This document shows, in pieces, positions 41,778-55,852 of a stretch of DNA of 64,000 nt (the stretch's first letter is position 1; each line of letters opens with the position of its first letter). The stretch is from Eledone cirrhosa. Taxonomy: Eukaryota. The position numbers were made by a program, and so were the translations under genes. Under the pieces are notes generated by a model. The model was given only the letters and a program-made list of their open reading frames with translations. It was not told the origin of the DNA and did not search any database. Location of the stretch: NCBI GenBank assembly GCA_964016885.1, contig OZ024743.1:217992001-218056000 (forward strand). Direction: 5' to 3'.

Positions 41778-44524
41778 TAGGGTGTTCCAGAATCCCACAT
41801 TTTATACAAAAGTGTTTTTCTCTTAGCTCCCTATGTATTTTCTCATGCCATTTTGTATATTACAATTTATATTGTAATTTTGATTATTTCAGACTAATTT
41901 AAGCCTTGCCTAATAGTTGCAAATTGGCGGAATAATGGCGGAAACCAGTCGGCCTAGTTGTAGCTACTCGCTCCGTTGTGATGATCGAGAAATATGGCCC
42001 CTGGGGCAATATGTTATATCCTTTTCACCAAACAAAATACCAACAAAGGGGATGTTCTAAGATATTTCTTCTACCTGAAAGATGGTCCTATGAAACACGA
42101 ATGGCATGTGAGCTTCAATGGTGCTATTGCGGATAGGTTTGTGATGGAAGTAGTTAGTCAGTAGAAAAAAGCTGGTGTGTCGACTCAACGAAAAGACAAA
42201 GTGAAACTGAAAATTATGAACATGTACAGTGAATACAGAAATTTACAAAAAAAAACAAAGGTTATAAGTCAAACAAAGAAAAGGAATCACTATTTATTTC
42301 TGAATTGGATTCGTATTTCTACATTGCACATACTGATGCTGAAAAGAAAATTTTGAAAGACCGTCTTCGTGATAATGAACAGAAAATTGAAGATGCTACA
42401 TTTCTCGAACCCCTGCGTTGCCAGAAAAAAAGTATCTCTGGGTGCTGAAGACAAGGGTTACCAGAAAAAGGTATCTTCAAAGTTTAAGCGTGATCAGGTT
42501 AATGTGGCTCGTCGAGAGTCAGAGAACCATAGAAAGCGTTTGTCAGGATCTGTAGCAGCACAACTTCCGCATAATGAACTGAGTGATTCAAGTTCAACCA
42601 ATGATGAAACTGAAGATGAACAGGATCCTGAATTTAAGGCCTCAAACCCACCCAGAGACAGCTCAAAGTCAGTCAAGAAACGAAAGGTCCAGCTGGAACA
42701 CCCAAAGAATCCATTTCAAAATCCAAAAGTTTCTCTAATGGCTGATCGTTTAAAGCTGACACTGAGCCAGAGAACAGCATTTATGGCATCGATTATTTCT
42801 GAGGGTGGGACTGACATAGACCCCACAACTGTCTCCAAGAATAGTGGCAGACGTGCAGCTAAGAAGATCAGAACTGTGGGGGCTGAACACATAAAGGAAA
42901 AATTTGCTGTACCAGACTTTGTTACCTTGCATTGGGATGGCAAAATAATTCCTGGTGACCACGAGAGGCTAGGTGTGCTAGTTGCTGGAACCCCGGACTT
43001 CAGAGAAGGTAAACTCCTCGGTGTTCCCATAATTCCTGATGGCACTGGAACCACCCAAGCCAAAGCATCATTTGATCTTGTTAAAGATTGGAATGTTGAT
43101 GGGTCTGTGGTAGGCTTGGTCTTCGACACAACTGCTTTGAATTCTGGATGGAAAAATGGTGCCTGCGTGAAACTAGAAGAGATGCTCAACAAAAATGTGT
43201 TTTATTTTGCTTGTCGGCACCATGTCATGGAGTGTATCTTGTGTGCAGTGTGGTAACAACTATTTGGAGCAATGTCCAATCCAGATACCCCAGAGTTCAA
43301 AGAGCTCAAAAGAGAATGGGTGTCACTCACGGACAAGACCAACTTTAAAACATTGAACATTGTCGACCGGAGACTCAAGTTCCTCCAAGATTTGCTGACA
43401 TTCGGCGATGGGAAAATGAGTTCTCTTCCACGGGACGACTACCGAGAATGTGCCGAGTTGATGTTGATCTTGCTTGGTGTCACCCCTCCTCGTGGAATTC
43501 ATTGGATGCTGCCTGGTGCACATCATAATGCTCGGTGGATGTCCACAATCATCTATAGTGCAAAGATGTATGCATTTGGTGAGCGACTCAATTACGATCA
43601 AGCTAAAATGGAAAATTTGTGCCGGATCTGTATGTTCAATGCTCTGTTCTACGTGCGATAGTGGCTGAGAGCAGTCAAGTGTGCTGATGCACCATCCAAT
43701 GACCTTCAATTCTACGTGGAGTTGACACAGTACAGTAAGGTTGACAGAGATCTCTCGCAGGCAGCCACTACTGCTCTGAGCAGGCATCTTTGGCACCTGA
43801 CGGAGGAAGCCATTCCGCTAGTGCTGTTTTCAAGTCGGGTCCAAGAGTCCGAGAAGAAACAAATAGCCCAACGTCTTGTCAAAACGAAAACGTCTGGGCC
43901 TCTCGACCGTGGAGCTCCATCATTTCCCGAGTTGAAGTCGTCCACGAAGCTGCTTCGTCTAGTTGGGAAGAAATCAAGGCTTCTGTTCGATCTCCTTGGT
44001 CTCGACGATACTTGGCTTGAGCTGTCAACTGCAACTTGGTCATCACAAGCGTCATATCAAAATGCCTGTGCTGTTGTTCACAATATCAAGGTAGTCAATG
44101 ATCTAGCGGAGAGAGCAGTCAAGTTGATAACTGATTTTGTTGCCATCACCAAGAATGAGGAGAAGTAGTGTGTTCTTCAAGTAGTCGAAGCTCATCGCCG
44201 CAAGGTCCCGGATTTCAAAAAAGAAACTCTGAAAAAAATATGACTGGAGTTAACTTAACTGAACTTGTTTCTTCTTTGTACGCCTTTATATTCAAAGGTG
44301 GTTTACTAAAATAAACAATTATTGTATGGTCATATTTGGTTTCACATTTTCATGATTTCATGCAACATAATCACACTTTCCACTATAATCACTATGATAT
44401 AGGCAAGGCTCAAAATAATTTATATTATACAAAATATATTTTATTTTACTAATTGGGGAATTTATAATGGGAGAATATACAGGGAGCGTTAGTATTGTGA
44501 CCTTGCTTTTTATGGCACACTCTA
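41778..44524 (+). mobile_element. hAT-superfamily (hATm-like) DNA transposon, full length, inactive
   Basis: Termini TAGGGTGTTCC ... GGCACACTCTA; subterminal inverted motifs (ctccctatgtattttctc / gagaatatacagggag and agccttgccta / taggcaaggct); ATATATAT on both flanks fits an 8-bp TSD. The hATm subfamily call is from motif recall. Confidence 0.8.
41935..44243 (+). pseudogene. DDE transposase pseudogene
   Basis: Motifs LHWDGK, VFDTTALNSG..GAC, ACRHH (CxxH), PRDDYRE, PGAHHNARWM, VVNDLAERAVK. In-frame stops at ~43254, ~43659 and ~44166 plus 5' frameshifts. Confidence 0.85.
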
Positions 44525-44861
44525 ATATATATATATATATATAAAAAGATGGTTATATACCCGCTTACAGATATCAACATACATACATGCATACTTATAC
44601 ATACATACTAATACTCAAGTAATTGTAGACATACAGACAAATATATCGATACAGAGTATATTCATATATAAATACCGGAGGGTTTATGTATATAGAGGTT
44701 TATGTATATAGATGCTTTATGTATACAGCTACATTACATATGTAAACATGCACATACTCATATTCCTGGATCAATATATAAATATGCTCTTTTCCATCCA
44801 CTGAATATTTTTGTATAAGTTCCCTGTGTCCTCATATCGCCAGGTATCTTAGCTGAGAATG

Positions 44862-44933
44862 ACTCCCTGATGACGAAAAGGTTTCTCCATGATCTCCATG
44901 TATATTCCCTTTCAGAAACTAATTAGTTGGAGT
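44862..44933 (+). ncRNA. Type I hammerhead ribozyme motif
   Basis: ACTCC-CTGATGA-cGAAAAGG...CCTTTCa-GAAAC-TAATTA-GTT^GGAGT; 5-bp stem I and palindromic stem III. Confidence 0.75.
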
Positions 44934-45379
44934 GAAATTTAAGTAAGTAAGCTAATTACTATAATTTTCTTATTTTACGTTTTTCAATTATTTGTTCTGC
45001 ATTCCCTTGCATTGAACCATAAAGTTGCTAAGACAAAATCTATATATTTGCTTGCATAGGTATACATCTGTATATATATGTTGGTAGATATACTAATTCT
45101 TTATAATTATCTCCAAATTATTTTGTTGAGCAAAAAGTTGCCAAAATTACTACTATAGTTCATGGTAAGAGCTTGGCTACTGTCTTTTTAACACCCCACT
45201 CCTCACTGATTAACCTCGGTGTCACGTGATTGATTCTTTTGAATTTGCCACAGAACAGGAAGGCAGTGATTTTTTTCAGAGTCTTGGAATTTAGTCCCCG
45301 CTTGCTCTTTTCCATCCACTGAATATATTTGTATAAGTTCCCTGTGTCCACGCATCGCCAGGTATCTTAGGTGAGAATG

Positions 45380-45451
45380 ACTCCCTGATGACGAAAAGGT
45401 TTCTCCATGATCTACATGTATATTCCCTTTCAGAAACTAATTAGTTGGAGT
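45380..45451 (+). ncRNA. Type I hammerhead ribozyme motif (second copy)
   Basis: Same core and stems as the 44862 copy. Confidence 0.75.
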
Positions 45452-45491
45452 GAAATTTAAGTAAGTAAGCTAATTACTATAATTTTACGTT

Positions 45492-46650
<1,159 letters not shown>

Positions 46651-46731
46651 TACCGAATCGGTTTCGAGTCTCAAAAATAAATGGACTGTCCTTACGGCCT
46701 TCCATTGAAAAGATAAACTCTCGTCAGAAGG
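46651..46731 (-). ncRNA. Hammerhead ribozyme motif with a long stem II, truncated at the cleavage triplet
   Basis: Minus strand: cctt-CTGACGA-GAGTTT...AATGGA..CC-GTAA-GG..TCCATT...AGACTC-GAAACCG-ATT-CGGTA, then TA repeats. Confidence 0.72.
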
Positions 46732-47024
46732 TTCTTTTCACTCGGAGAATATAAAATTCCCCAGTTCAAATTACGAACTGGCGCTATTCTAAATTGTTCC
46801 CGAGATGAGAATGAATGATGTGGAAGCAATGCTGTCCAGTGCCGTGTGTAAAGATAGAAGCAGAGGCAGGGAGGTCAGTCTACTACCACTATAAATAGCA
46901 GCTGTCAGAACGACCAAATTTTATCTCGACCAAGAGGAGAATAATAATAAAGAATATATCCCTACACGCAAAAAGCGTCCAGGGACACATGTATTGTCCA
47001 ACAAATATGCCAATGTGGTTCAAT

Positions 47025-47157
<133 letters not shown>

Positions 47158-47188
47158 TTGTGTGTATGTGTGTGTGTGTATGTAAATA

Positions 47189-47265
<77 letters not shown>

Positions 47266-47442
47266 TTATATATATATATATATTAGAATTGGAGCTCTGA
47301 AATAGCAATATATATATGGATGTATATATAATGTATTTTGCAATACACTTTATGCTTAATTAAAAGCATTTTGAAGACCGTATGCTATTGTTTTAGTGTA
47401 GTGACAAATTTACTTACTTTAATCTCAGCAAACAGGGGAGAT

Positions 47443-47488
47443 AAGCCGACAGGCCTTGTTTCGCTTTTGTTGAAGCTTATCAAGGCTA
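47443..47488 (-). ncRNA. Minimal type I hammerhead, U3-A8 core variant
   Basis: Minus strand: tAGCC-TTGATAA-GCTT-caacaa-AAGC-GAAAC-aaggcct-GTC^GGCT. Confidence 0.75.
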
Positions 47489-47758
47489 ACTACGCCTCCT
47501 GTCTACTGAGATTACTGATGTTATATTCTCATAGAATTCTAGTAAATAATCATGAACTGATTATACAGAGCGATTGTTGGTCAGGCAGAAATAAAAAATT
47601 AGAATTGTAGCTCTGAAATAGCAATATATATATGGATGTATATTTAATGTATTTTGCAATACACTTTATGCTTAATTAAAAGCATTTTGAAGACCGTATG
47701 CTATTGTTTTAGAGTAGTGACAAATTCACTTACTTTAATCTCAGCAAACAGGGGAGAT

Positions 47759-47805
47759 GAGACGACAAGGCCTTGTTTCGCTTTTGTTGAAGCTTATCAA
47801 GGCTA
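47759..47805 (-). ncRNA. Minimal type I hammerhead, U3-A8 core variant (unit 2)
   Basis: Same core; stem III is the perfect palindrome ACAAGGCCTTGT; one stem I mismatch. Confidence 0.7.
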
Positions 47806-48111
47806 ACTACCACTCCTGTCTACTGAGATTACTAATGTTATATTCTTATAGAATTCTAGTAAATAATCATGAACTGATTATTCAGAGCGATTGTTGGTCA
47901 GGCAGAAATTAAAAATTAGAATTGGAGCTCTGAAATAGCAATATATATATGGATGTATATATAATGTATTTTGCAATACACTTTATGCTTAATTAAAAAC
48001 ATTTTGAAGACCGTATGCTATTGTTTAAGAGTAGTGACAAATTCACTTACTTTAATCTCAGCAAACAAGGGAGATAGGCCGACCTTGTCGGCTTATCTCC
48101 CCTGTTTGCTG

Positions 48112-49967
48112 TCCTTATGTCGGACAGACGGGACGTCGCCTGGCGGACCGATTCACTGAACACCTCCGGGATATTCGTCTCGGTTGTAGTTCCCCTATCG
48201 CACGCCACTTTGGTGGCCCTGGACATTCCGCACGCCATCTCACAGTCTGTGGCCTACTCCAATGCCACGGAACACCCGCCAATCGCCTTAGAGTCGAACA
48301 AAGAACTATCTTCATCTTACAGACGCACACTCCCCCCAGCCTGAACTCCCCACCCTTATTCCTTTAGCCTTCGACCCCCCCCCCCCTCCCCCCACCCTTA
48401 TCCCCCACTAACACGACTAACACACCCCTCTTTTCACCGCCCACCCCACAACTAACATTACTAACACCTCCACTCCACCCCTCATCCGACCACCCTTCCC
48501 CAACTAACATACTAACATCCCTCCCTTCTTCTCCTCCTCCCCCCTCCTTATCACACGCACACACCCACCGGCACATATATACACGCGCTCACACTAAACA
48601 CACACCCTACTACCACCACTAACCCTCACCCCCACATATCCATCCCACCACCCCGCAACTAACCTCACTAACACCCCCTGACCCCAAGCACACGAACACA
48701 CGCACCCACTTACACCACCCACTTACACCACCCACCCCACACGCAACTAACATCACTAACACCCCCCCAACCCCACGCACACCTACCCACACACCCTCGT
48801 ACACCACCAACTCTACACACCCTACCACCACTAACCCCCACTCACACCTGCATTCAACCCTTCCCCACCTCCCGTATACTAACACCCACTAACACCCCCT
48901 TCATCAAACTACACACACACCAGTACACCACACTCCCTCCATAGAACTACACACACCCTTCTCTCCCCGCTCCACCCACACCCTCGCTCCACACTCACTC
49001 ATCCCTTTAACACCTCTACTAATATACACACACACCCTCCTCACTCCAACTGTCACACCTACCCATCCTCGCCCCTTTACCATTCCACCGACTGCTGCTA
49101 TGCCTTCTGACCACCTCCAAGCAGAAACAGACACACAGCACTCCCACCGCTTGACCACTTCCTGTTGCGCGCGCACCCCACATCTCTCCTCTTCCGACCA
49201 TCTCTTCATGGAATACTCGTATGTGGAACTTGACCACCACAGAATCCACTAAACATCATAGGAATTTACCAACATTTCAACCATCTTCTTTCGGAATCAC
49301 CTATATAACTCACCCACACACACACCCCAAAAAAATTTTTTTCTCCCACACGCCACCCACACCCCAACACGCTTAACCCCCACACACACGTGCTTTCCAC
49401 CACATATTTACACCCTCAGCCTCCTATCCACACACGCACAGACACTCCGACCTACAACTCCCCCCCCCCCCACACACACACCTCTTCCTGAACATGCAAC
49501 ACCGTTCTTACCCCGACCCTTACTTTCACATACACACACACACACACACACGTACACCTACACACACACACCACCTTCAGCACTCCCCGCTCGGACACCC
49601 CGTCTCCCTCTCCCCACTCCACCCGTCACCACCCTTACACACCCCACACCCTTCCACCACCTGTTTTACCCCTTTTTAATTTCAGTTTATTTTGATCATG
49701 CTTTTATATTTAATTTTATTTCATTCCTTGTATTTTGATCATGCTTTATTTTTATTTTTATTTTTCATTTCATTCGCACCGTTTCCTTTCGCTATATGTC
49801 TCTCCACCACTCCCCTACACACCCTTTGAACTCTGTTCCCACACACTTCTCACCTGAGGAAGGGCTTATGCCCGAAACGTCGTTCCCCACCACCACCTCA
49901 CTCTCCAGAGCGTGAAATTAACATTCGTTGTACTGCCTCTCTGTTTTGTTCCTGTTCAAATTTTTCC

Positions 49968-49970
<3 letters not shown>
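48112..49970 (+). mobile_element. 5'-truncated Penelope-like element: GIY-YIG C-terminal half, long C/A-rich 3' region and HHR
   Basis: Manual translation of 48113-48367: PYVGQTGRRLADRFTEHLRDIRLGCSSPIARHF...RLRVEQRTIFILQTHTPPSLN. HHR at 49851. Confidence 0.8.
49851..49884 (+). ncRNA. Minimal PLE-type hammerhead motif
   Basis: cac-CTGAGGA-a-GGGC-ttat-GCCC-GAAAC-GTC^gt, with an ACGT palindromic stem III. Confidence 0.7.
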
Positions 49971-50058
<88 letters not shown>

Positions 50059-50130
50059 ATATATATATATGTATGAGTATATGTACATATGTATGTATGT
50101 GTGTGTATGTGTATGTATGTGTATATATGC

Positions 50131-50203
<73 letters not shown>

Positions 50204-50242
50204 CGCATATGTATGTATATGTGATTACATATATGTGATTAC

Positions 50243-50304
<62 letters not shown>

Positions 50305-50329
50305 GTATATATATATATATATATATGTA

Positions 50330-50374
<45 letters not shown>

Positions 50375-50461
50375 ATATATGTATGTATATATGTGTGTGT
50401 GTGTATATATATGCGTATATATATGTGTGTGTGTGTGTATATATATATATATGTATGTATG

Positions 50462-50529
<68 letters not shown>

Positions 50530-50721
50530 CATATGTATATATGAAATTATTTAGCCTGATAGTGGGGTTAACATGTACATCAATACTCATCTTTATCCAT
50601 TTCTCCGAGGGTTCTTAACCCAACTATCAGACTAAATAATTTCTTTAATTTCTTTAGTCAAAATACGGCGATAGCTTACATTTCTAATAAGTTCAAACCC
50701 ACTCGCTGTTTCGAAAATATT

Positions 50722-50818
<97 letters not shown>

Positions 50819-50841
50819 GTGTATATATATATGTATGTATG

Positions 50842-50872
<31 letters not shown>

Positions 50873-50873
50873 C

Positions 50874-50932
<59 letters not shown>

Positions 50933-51046
50933 GTGTGTGTATATATATATATGTGTATATGTGTATATATATATGAATATGTGTATGTGTGTATATATGT
51001 TTATGAATATATATATATATATGTGTGTATATATGTATGTATATGT
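49969..51046. repeat. (TA)n/(TG)n microsatellite blocks with a ~180-bp insert (50543-50722) carrying a 29-bp inverted repeat
   Basis: gaaattatttagcctgatagtggggttaa versus ttaacccaactatcagactaaataatttc. Confidence 0.85.
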
Positions 51047-51841
51047 ATAACAACACACAACAACCAACAACAACAAAAAAACAATACCTCCCCACATACC
51101 AACAAAAGAAGGCATCACTTCGCCCCTACCTCCTACATCCTCCACACAACTACCACACGGACTCTCAAGCAACATATATAGTAATAGAGAAACATCAGCT
51201 ACAAGATAGACACTACAGCTTCTCTCCTACCAGGAGAAACCATAGAATCCTCCACACCTACAATCCCCCTAACATCTCCACACAACAAACCCACAACCAT
51301 CATTACTTCCAACATAGAACCCAAAATACACAACTACCACACATGTCACACAGGGCCCCACAACCACACACCAGCTATAAGGAAACCCTAATCTACCCTC
51401 CCCCACTAACCACACCCTACTACAACAACACCAGCAGGGGACAATACAACCACACGAGACACCCTAACACACCATATAACAGCACAACAGGACTCAATAT
51501 AACCACACAAGACAACCCTACTACAACTACCACCAAGTCTACACGCCGTACAACAACAGCAGTGCTCAGTAGAACCATACGATACCACCTAACTTCAACA
51601 AACACAACAACTTCACACCCTACAACAACATCAGCAGGGCTCAATGCAACCACACGATACAACCTAAACTCAACAACCACCACAGCTACACACCATCTTA
51701 CAACAACAGCATGAGCCAATACAACTATAAGAGACATCCAAACTTCAACAGCCATCACAACTTCCGTAATCATTTTTTAGACACAGCACACAGACACAGG
51801 ATAACAAGATAACACAAAACACACAGGAGACACAAAATGCA

Positions 51842-54008
51842 ATAAAAATTGTCAATTTAACCTCTAAAGAATTAACAACAGACCAAATCAACATACTCTC
51901 CAAAGGTCTAAAATTTACACCAACTCCCCAACAACCAAACTACCCCGAAATGAAGGAAGATATTGCAGAATTCTGTAGAAAACTAAGACTCAGCGAACAA
52001 CTATACGACAAATACAATGAGGATGACTCAATAGCCAGAAATAGAAGCAACTACACCCCACCAAAAGGCAAGAATAAATTCCTCGATCAATTCTGCGAAC
52101 ACATTACTAATTACCCATACCACCACCTACATAACAAAATCAAAAACCAAACCTAAGCAAAAAAGAATGGAATGGTCTTAACCGTCTAAAAAACGACAAA
52201 ACCTTAATAATCAAAGAGGCAGATATAGGGAGGGCAGTAGTCCTTATGGAGACAGATTATTACACAACTCTAGTACTCTCAACTTTAGAAAACCAAACAT
52301 ATTATGACAAGGCCCAACACTACACACAACAGAAAATAATGAGAAACCTAAAATCCCTAACAAACCTTTACAAAGAAGGCCTTACAGACAAGGAATACAA
52401 CTACATCAACAATTTCAAAAGCAGAATCAGCCTCTTCTACGGTACCCCCAAGACACACAAAAGCGAAGTAATAGGCAGGGCCTGTAAGCAAGCCACATAC
52501 GTTTACATCAATATAGCCCCTCCCGATGACCTTAAATTAAAACCCAAAATAGCAGGCACCACATGTGAAACCCACCGCCTAAGCAACTTCCTAGATATTC
52601 TGCTTAAACCTTTCCTAAAACATATAAAAAGCTTCATAAGGGACGACCTTGACATGCTCAACCACCTCCCAACAACACTCAATAACGAACATACCCTACT
52701 TGTAACCTTTGATGTCATCAATTTATATTCCATTATCCCACACAACCTAGGTATAGTGACAATACAATTCTGGATGGAAAATTTCCCTAGTGAACTTCAA
52801 CAGCGCATCCCTAAGGAATTTGTGTTGGAGGAACTCAAATTCATCTTGCAAAACAATTTCTTCGAATTAAATGCCAAATACTACAGACAGAAATCTGGGA
52901 CTGCCATGGGCACGAAAGTGGCCCCTCATACGCCGACCTTGTCATGGGATATTTGGAAACCATTCTCTACCGCAAAGTTCTAGACAAATACGGCAACCAC
53001 TTCTACCAACACATAGAAAAGAGCTGGAAGAGATATCTGGACGACTGCTTCATCCTCTGGCATGAAAGTATCGATAGACTGTTCTAAATGGACTCAACAC
53101 TAACTTACAATTCACAATGGATTACAACCATGAACAACTCCCTTCAAGAAAACAAGCAGCAAAATAGAAACAGTCATATACTACAAACCCACAGACTCCA
53201 AACAATACCTTCCATTCAACTCGTGCCACCCTAGACACACCAAAATGGCAATCCCTTATAACCTAGCCAGAAGGATCTGCACAATAGTTTCAGATAAATA
53301 CACATTCTACACACGACTAGAAGAATTAAAAAACACACTTATCAGCAGAAACGACCCACCATCCCTAATCACCAAAGGATTCCAACGTGCCCTAAAGCTA
53401 GACATCCAGGAACTCAGACACCCCAAACCAAGGAATGAACCGCAACAAAAAACTCTACCATACATCTCCACACACAACCCCCTCAACAATGAGGCATTCG
53501 ACATAAAGAGCAAAAGACAACCCAAATCCATAAAAAAACATCCTCACACAACCCAAAATCGAACAAACCCTCATAATGAACCCTACAGTAACAAAATGCG
53601 GAAGGCCCAACTGTGGCATATGCATAAATCTAATAGAAGGTTCAACATTCCATTTTAAACAAGGACAACGTTTCACAGTTAAACACAACTTTACATGTGC
53701 ATCTGAAAACCTTATCTATGTTTTGACCTGCTCAGGTTGTCAAGAGCACTACATAGGACAGACAAAAAACAGCCTCCGTCAACGTATGACCGTCCATAAA
53801 TCACAAATTAAAATACAGGATTACAGAAAGTTTGCATTTAGTGAACATATCGCCAATTGTGCTCTCAACCAACATCCAAACTTTAAAATTTTTCCCCATT
53901 TACAAATTCATAGACAACGCTACTTTCATCCAACGTACCAATAAGGAAACACATTTCATTAATAAATTTCAACCACTACTCAATGCTCTAAAAATCGGAC
54001 CAATTTAA
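51842..54008 (+). pseudogene. PLE RT/GIY-YIG polyprotein pseudogene (several frameshifts)
   Basis: ORF pieces 51950-52156, 52246-52983, 53245-53658 and 53576-53944 are colinear with PLE domain order. Confidence 0.88.
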
Positions 54009-54425
54009 AACTGCAACAAACCATCAAACATTTACAAGAGTTACCTCCCTCACACCCTACCTAATCCTTTTTCTTAAATAAATTAAATATCACCCAGCAA
54101 GAATTGCTTCACCCTGTATATTAACTCTCTAAAAAGGGAAACCATATCAAACCTCAGGCCACCATTTGCCTCCTTCACGCAACCATGGTTCAACTAAGCA
54201 CTCTTGCTATATTAACACATTTTGAACTGCTTAACTTCAATGACTGTGCTTGTAAATAACATTATTTTTCCTTCCACATTGACTTTTTACGTTCCACATT
54301 ATTCTCGTCTTTTTTTCCTTTTTCTTTTTTTCTTTTTTCACTTCTTAAACCTTGGTTGTATATAATATTATTCTTTCTGCACCTTCAGTTTAACATGTGC
54401 GACACCCCACTAATACATTTCACTA

Positions 54426-54465
54426 TCATTTGATAATGCATATAAATGCTGAAACCGGTAATAGA
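54426..54465 (+). ncRNA. Minimal hammerhead motif, U3-A8 variant, in the PLE 3' pLTR
   Basis: tcat-TTGATAA-t-GCAT-ataa-ATGC-t-GAAAC-CG-GTA^ataga; ACCGGT palindromic stem III. Confidence 0.6.
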
Positions 54466-54661
54466 CAATAATTAAATAGATAAATAGATAAATAAATGCC
54501 ATTGTTAAATAATAAATAAATCAACTAATACCTTAACACTTCACACAAAGTAAAACATTTCGTTTTAATCATTTTCTAACCCAGAAAAAAGAGAGAGAGA
54601 AACAAAAAAGGAAAAAAATATATTTTTCTTCCTCATAATCGCCTCTTTCTCCCTGATTCCA

Positions 54662-54771
<110 letters not shown>

Positions 54772-54785
54772 CGTGTGTGTGTGTG

Positions 54786-54995
54786 TATAGTGTATTTTGC
54801 AATACACTATGCTTAATTAAAAGCATTTCGCAGATATCTCCCCTGTTTGCTGAAAATTAAAGTAAGTGAGACTGTCACTACTCTAAAACAATAGCATAAG
54901 GTCTGCGAAATGCTTTTAATTAAGCATAGTGTATGGCAAAATACACTATATATACATTCATATATATATCGCTATTTCAGAGCACCACTTCTAAT
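54786..54995 (+). mobile_element. Solo half-unit of the 316-bp repeat family with an inverted 5' fragment
   Basis: 54835-54995 is the reverse complement of 47282-47442; 54786-54834 is an inverted copy of part of it. Confidence 0.8.
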
Positions 54996-55008
54996 ATATA
55001 TTTATATA

Positions 55009-55088
<80 letters not shown>

Positions 55089-55165
55089 GTATATATATTT
55101 ATATATATATATGTATATATATATGCATATATATATATATGCATATATATGTATATATATGTATA

Positions 55166-55238
<73 letters not shown>

Positions 55239-55242
<4 letters not shown>

Positions 55243-55400
55243 ATAATAATAAATTTGAAGACTAAAATCCAAAGAGGGCTCGATAAGGATAAATATATAT
55301 CAAATATATAAGAACCGTAGAGCAAATATTTATTAAAATAACAGATTAAAGTTTGAGCAAAAAATCGCTGCTTTCACCCTTAACGGGATCTTCTGAAACT
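55239..55400. mobile_element. Second copy of the 37276-37438 repeat
   Basis: Near-identical ~160 bp embedded in (TA)n. Confidence 0.8.
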
Positions 55401-55451
55401 ATGTATGTAATATATTTTATTAATTTATATATATGTTTCTGTATATGTATA

Positions 55452-55535
<84 letters not shown>

Positions 55536-55652
55536 ACATATATATGTGTATGTATGTATGTATATATATATGTATATATATATATATATATATATGCGTA
55601 TATATATATATATATGTGTGTATATATGTGTATATATATGTGTTTATATGTA

Positions 55653-55691
<39 letters not shown>

Positions 55692-55732
55692 ATGTGTGTG
55701 TATATGTTTATGTATCTATATATATATATGTG

Positions 55733-55840
<108 letters not shown>

Positions 55841-55852
55841 AATGTGTCTGTC

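Larger units (their letters stand above)
47282..48083 (-). repeat. ~316-bp tandem repeat (2.5 units) with a hammerhead motif in each full unit; retrozyme / PLE pLTR-like
   Basis: Unit starts on + at 47282, 47598 and 47915; units are highly similar. Confidence 0.85.
51047..54570 (+). mobile_element. Penelope-like retroelement (Neptune-type RT + GIY-YIG), near full length, decayed
   Basis: IVNLTSKELT..ILSKGLKFTPTP, LVTFDVINLYSIIPH, YRQKSGTAMGT, WKRYLDDCFILW, YYKPTDSKQYL..SCHPRH, CGRPNCGIC linker, NLIYVLTCSGCQEHYIGQT..LRQR..H; HHR in the 3' region. Confidence 0.92.

Noticed and set aside
47282-48083. CRISPR-like or simple satellite interpretation of the tandem repeats
   Set aside because: No short repeat with unique spacers; eukaryotic context; the units carry hammerhead motifs.
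51025-51714. 229-aa Thr-rich mucin-like ORF
   Set aside because: Starts in a microsatellite and lies in the A/C-biased 5' part of the PLE; not supportable as a host gene.
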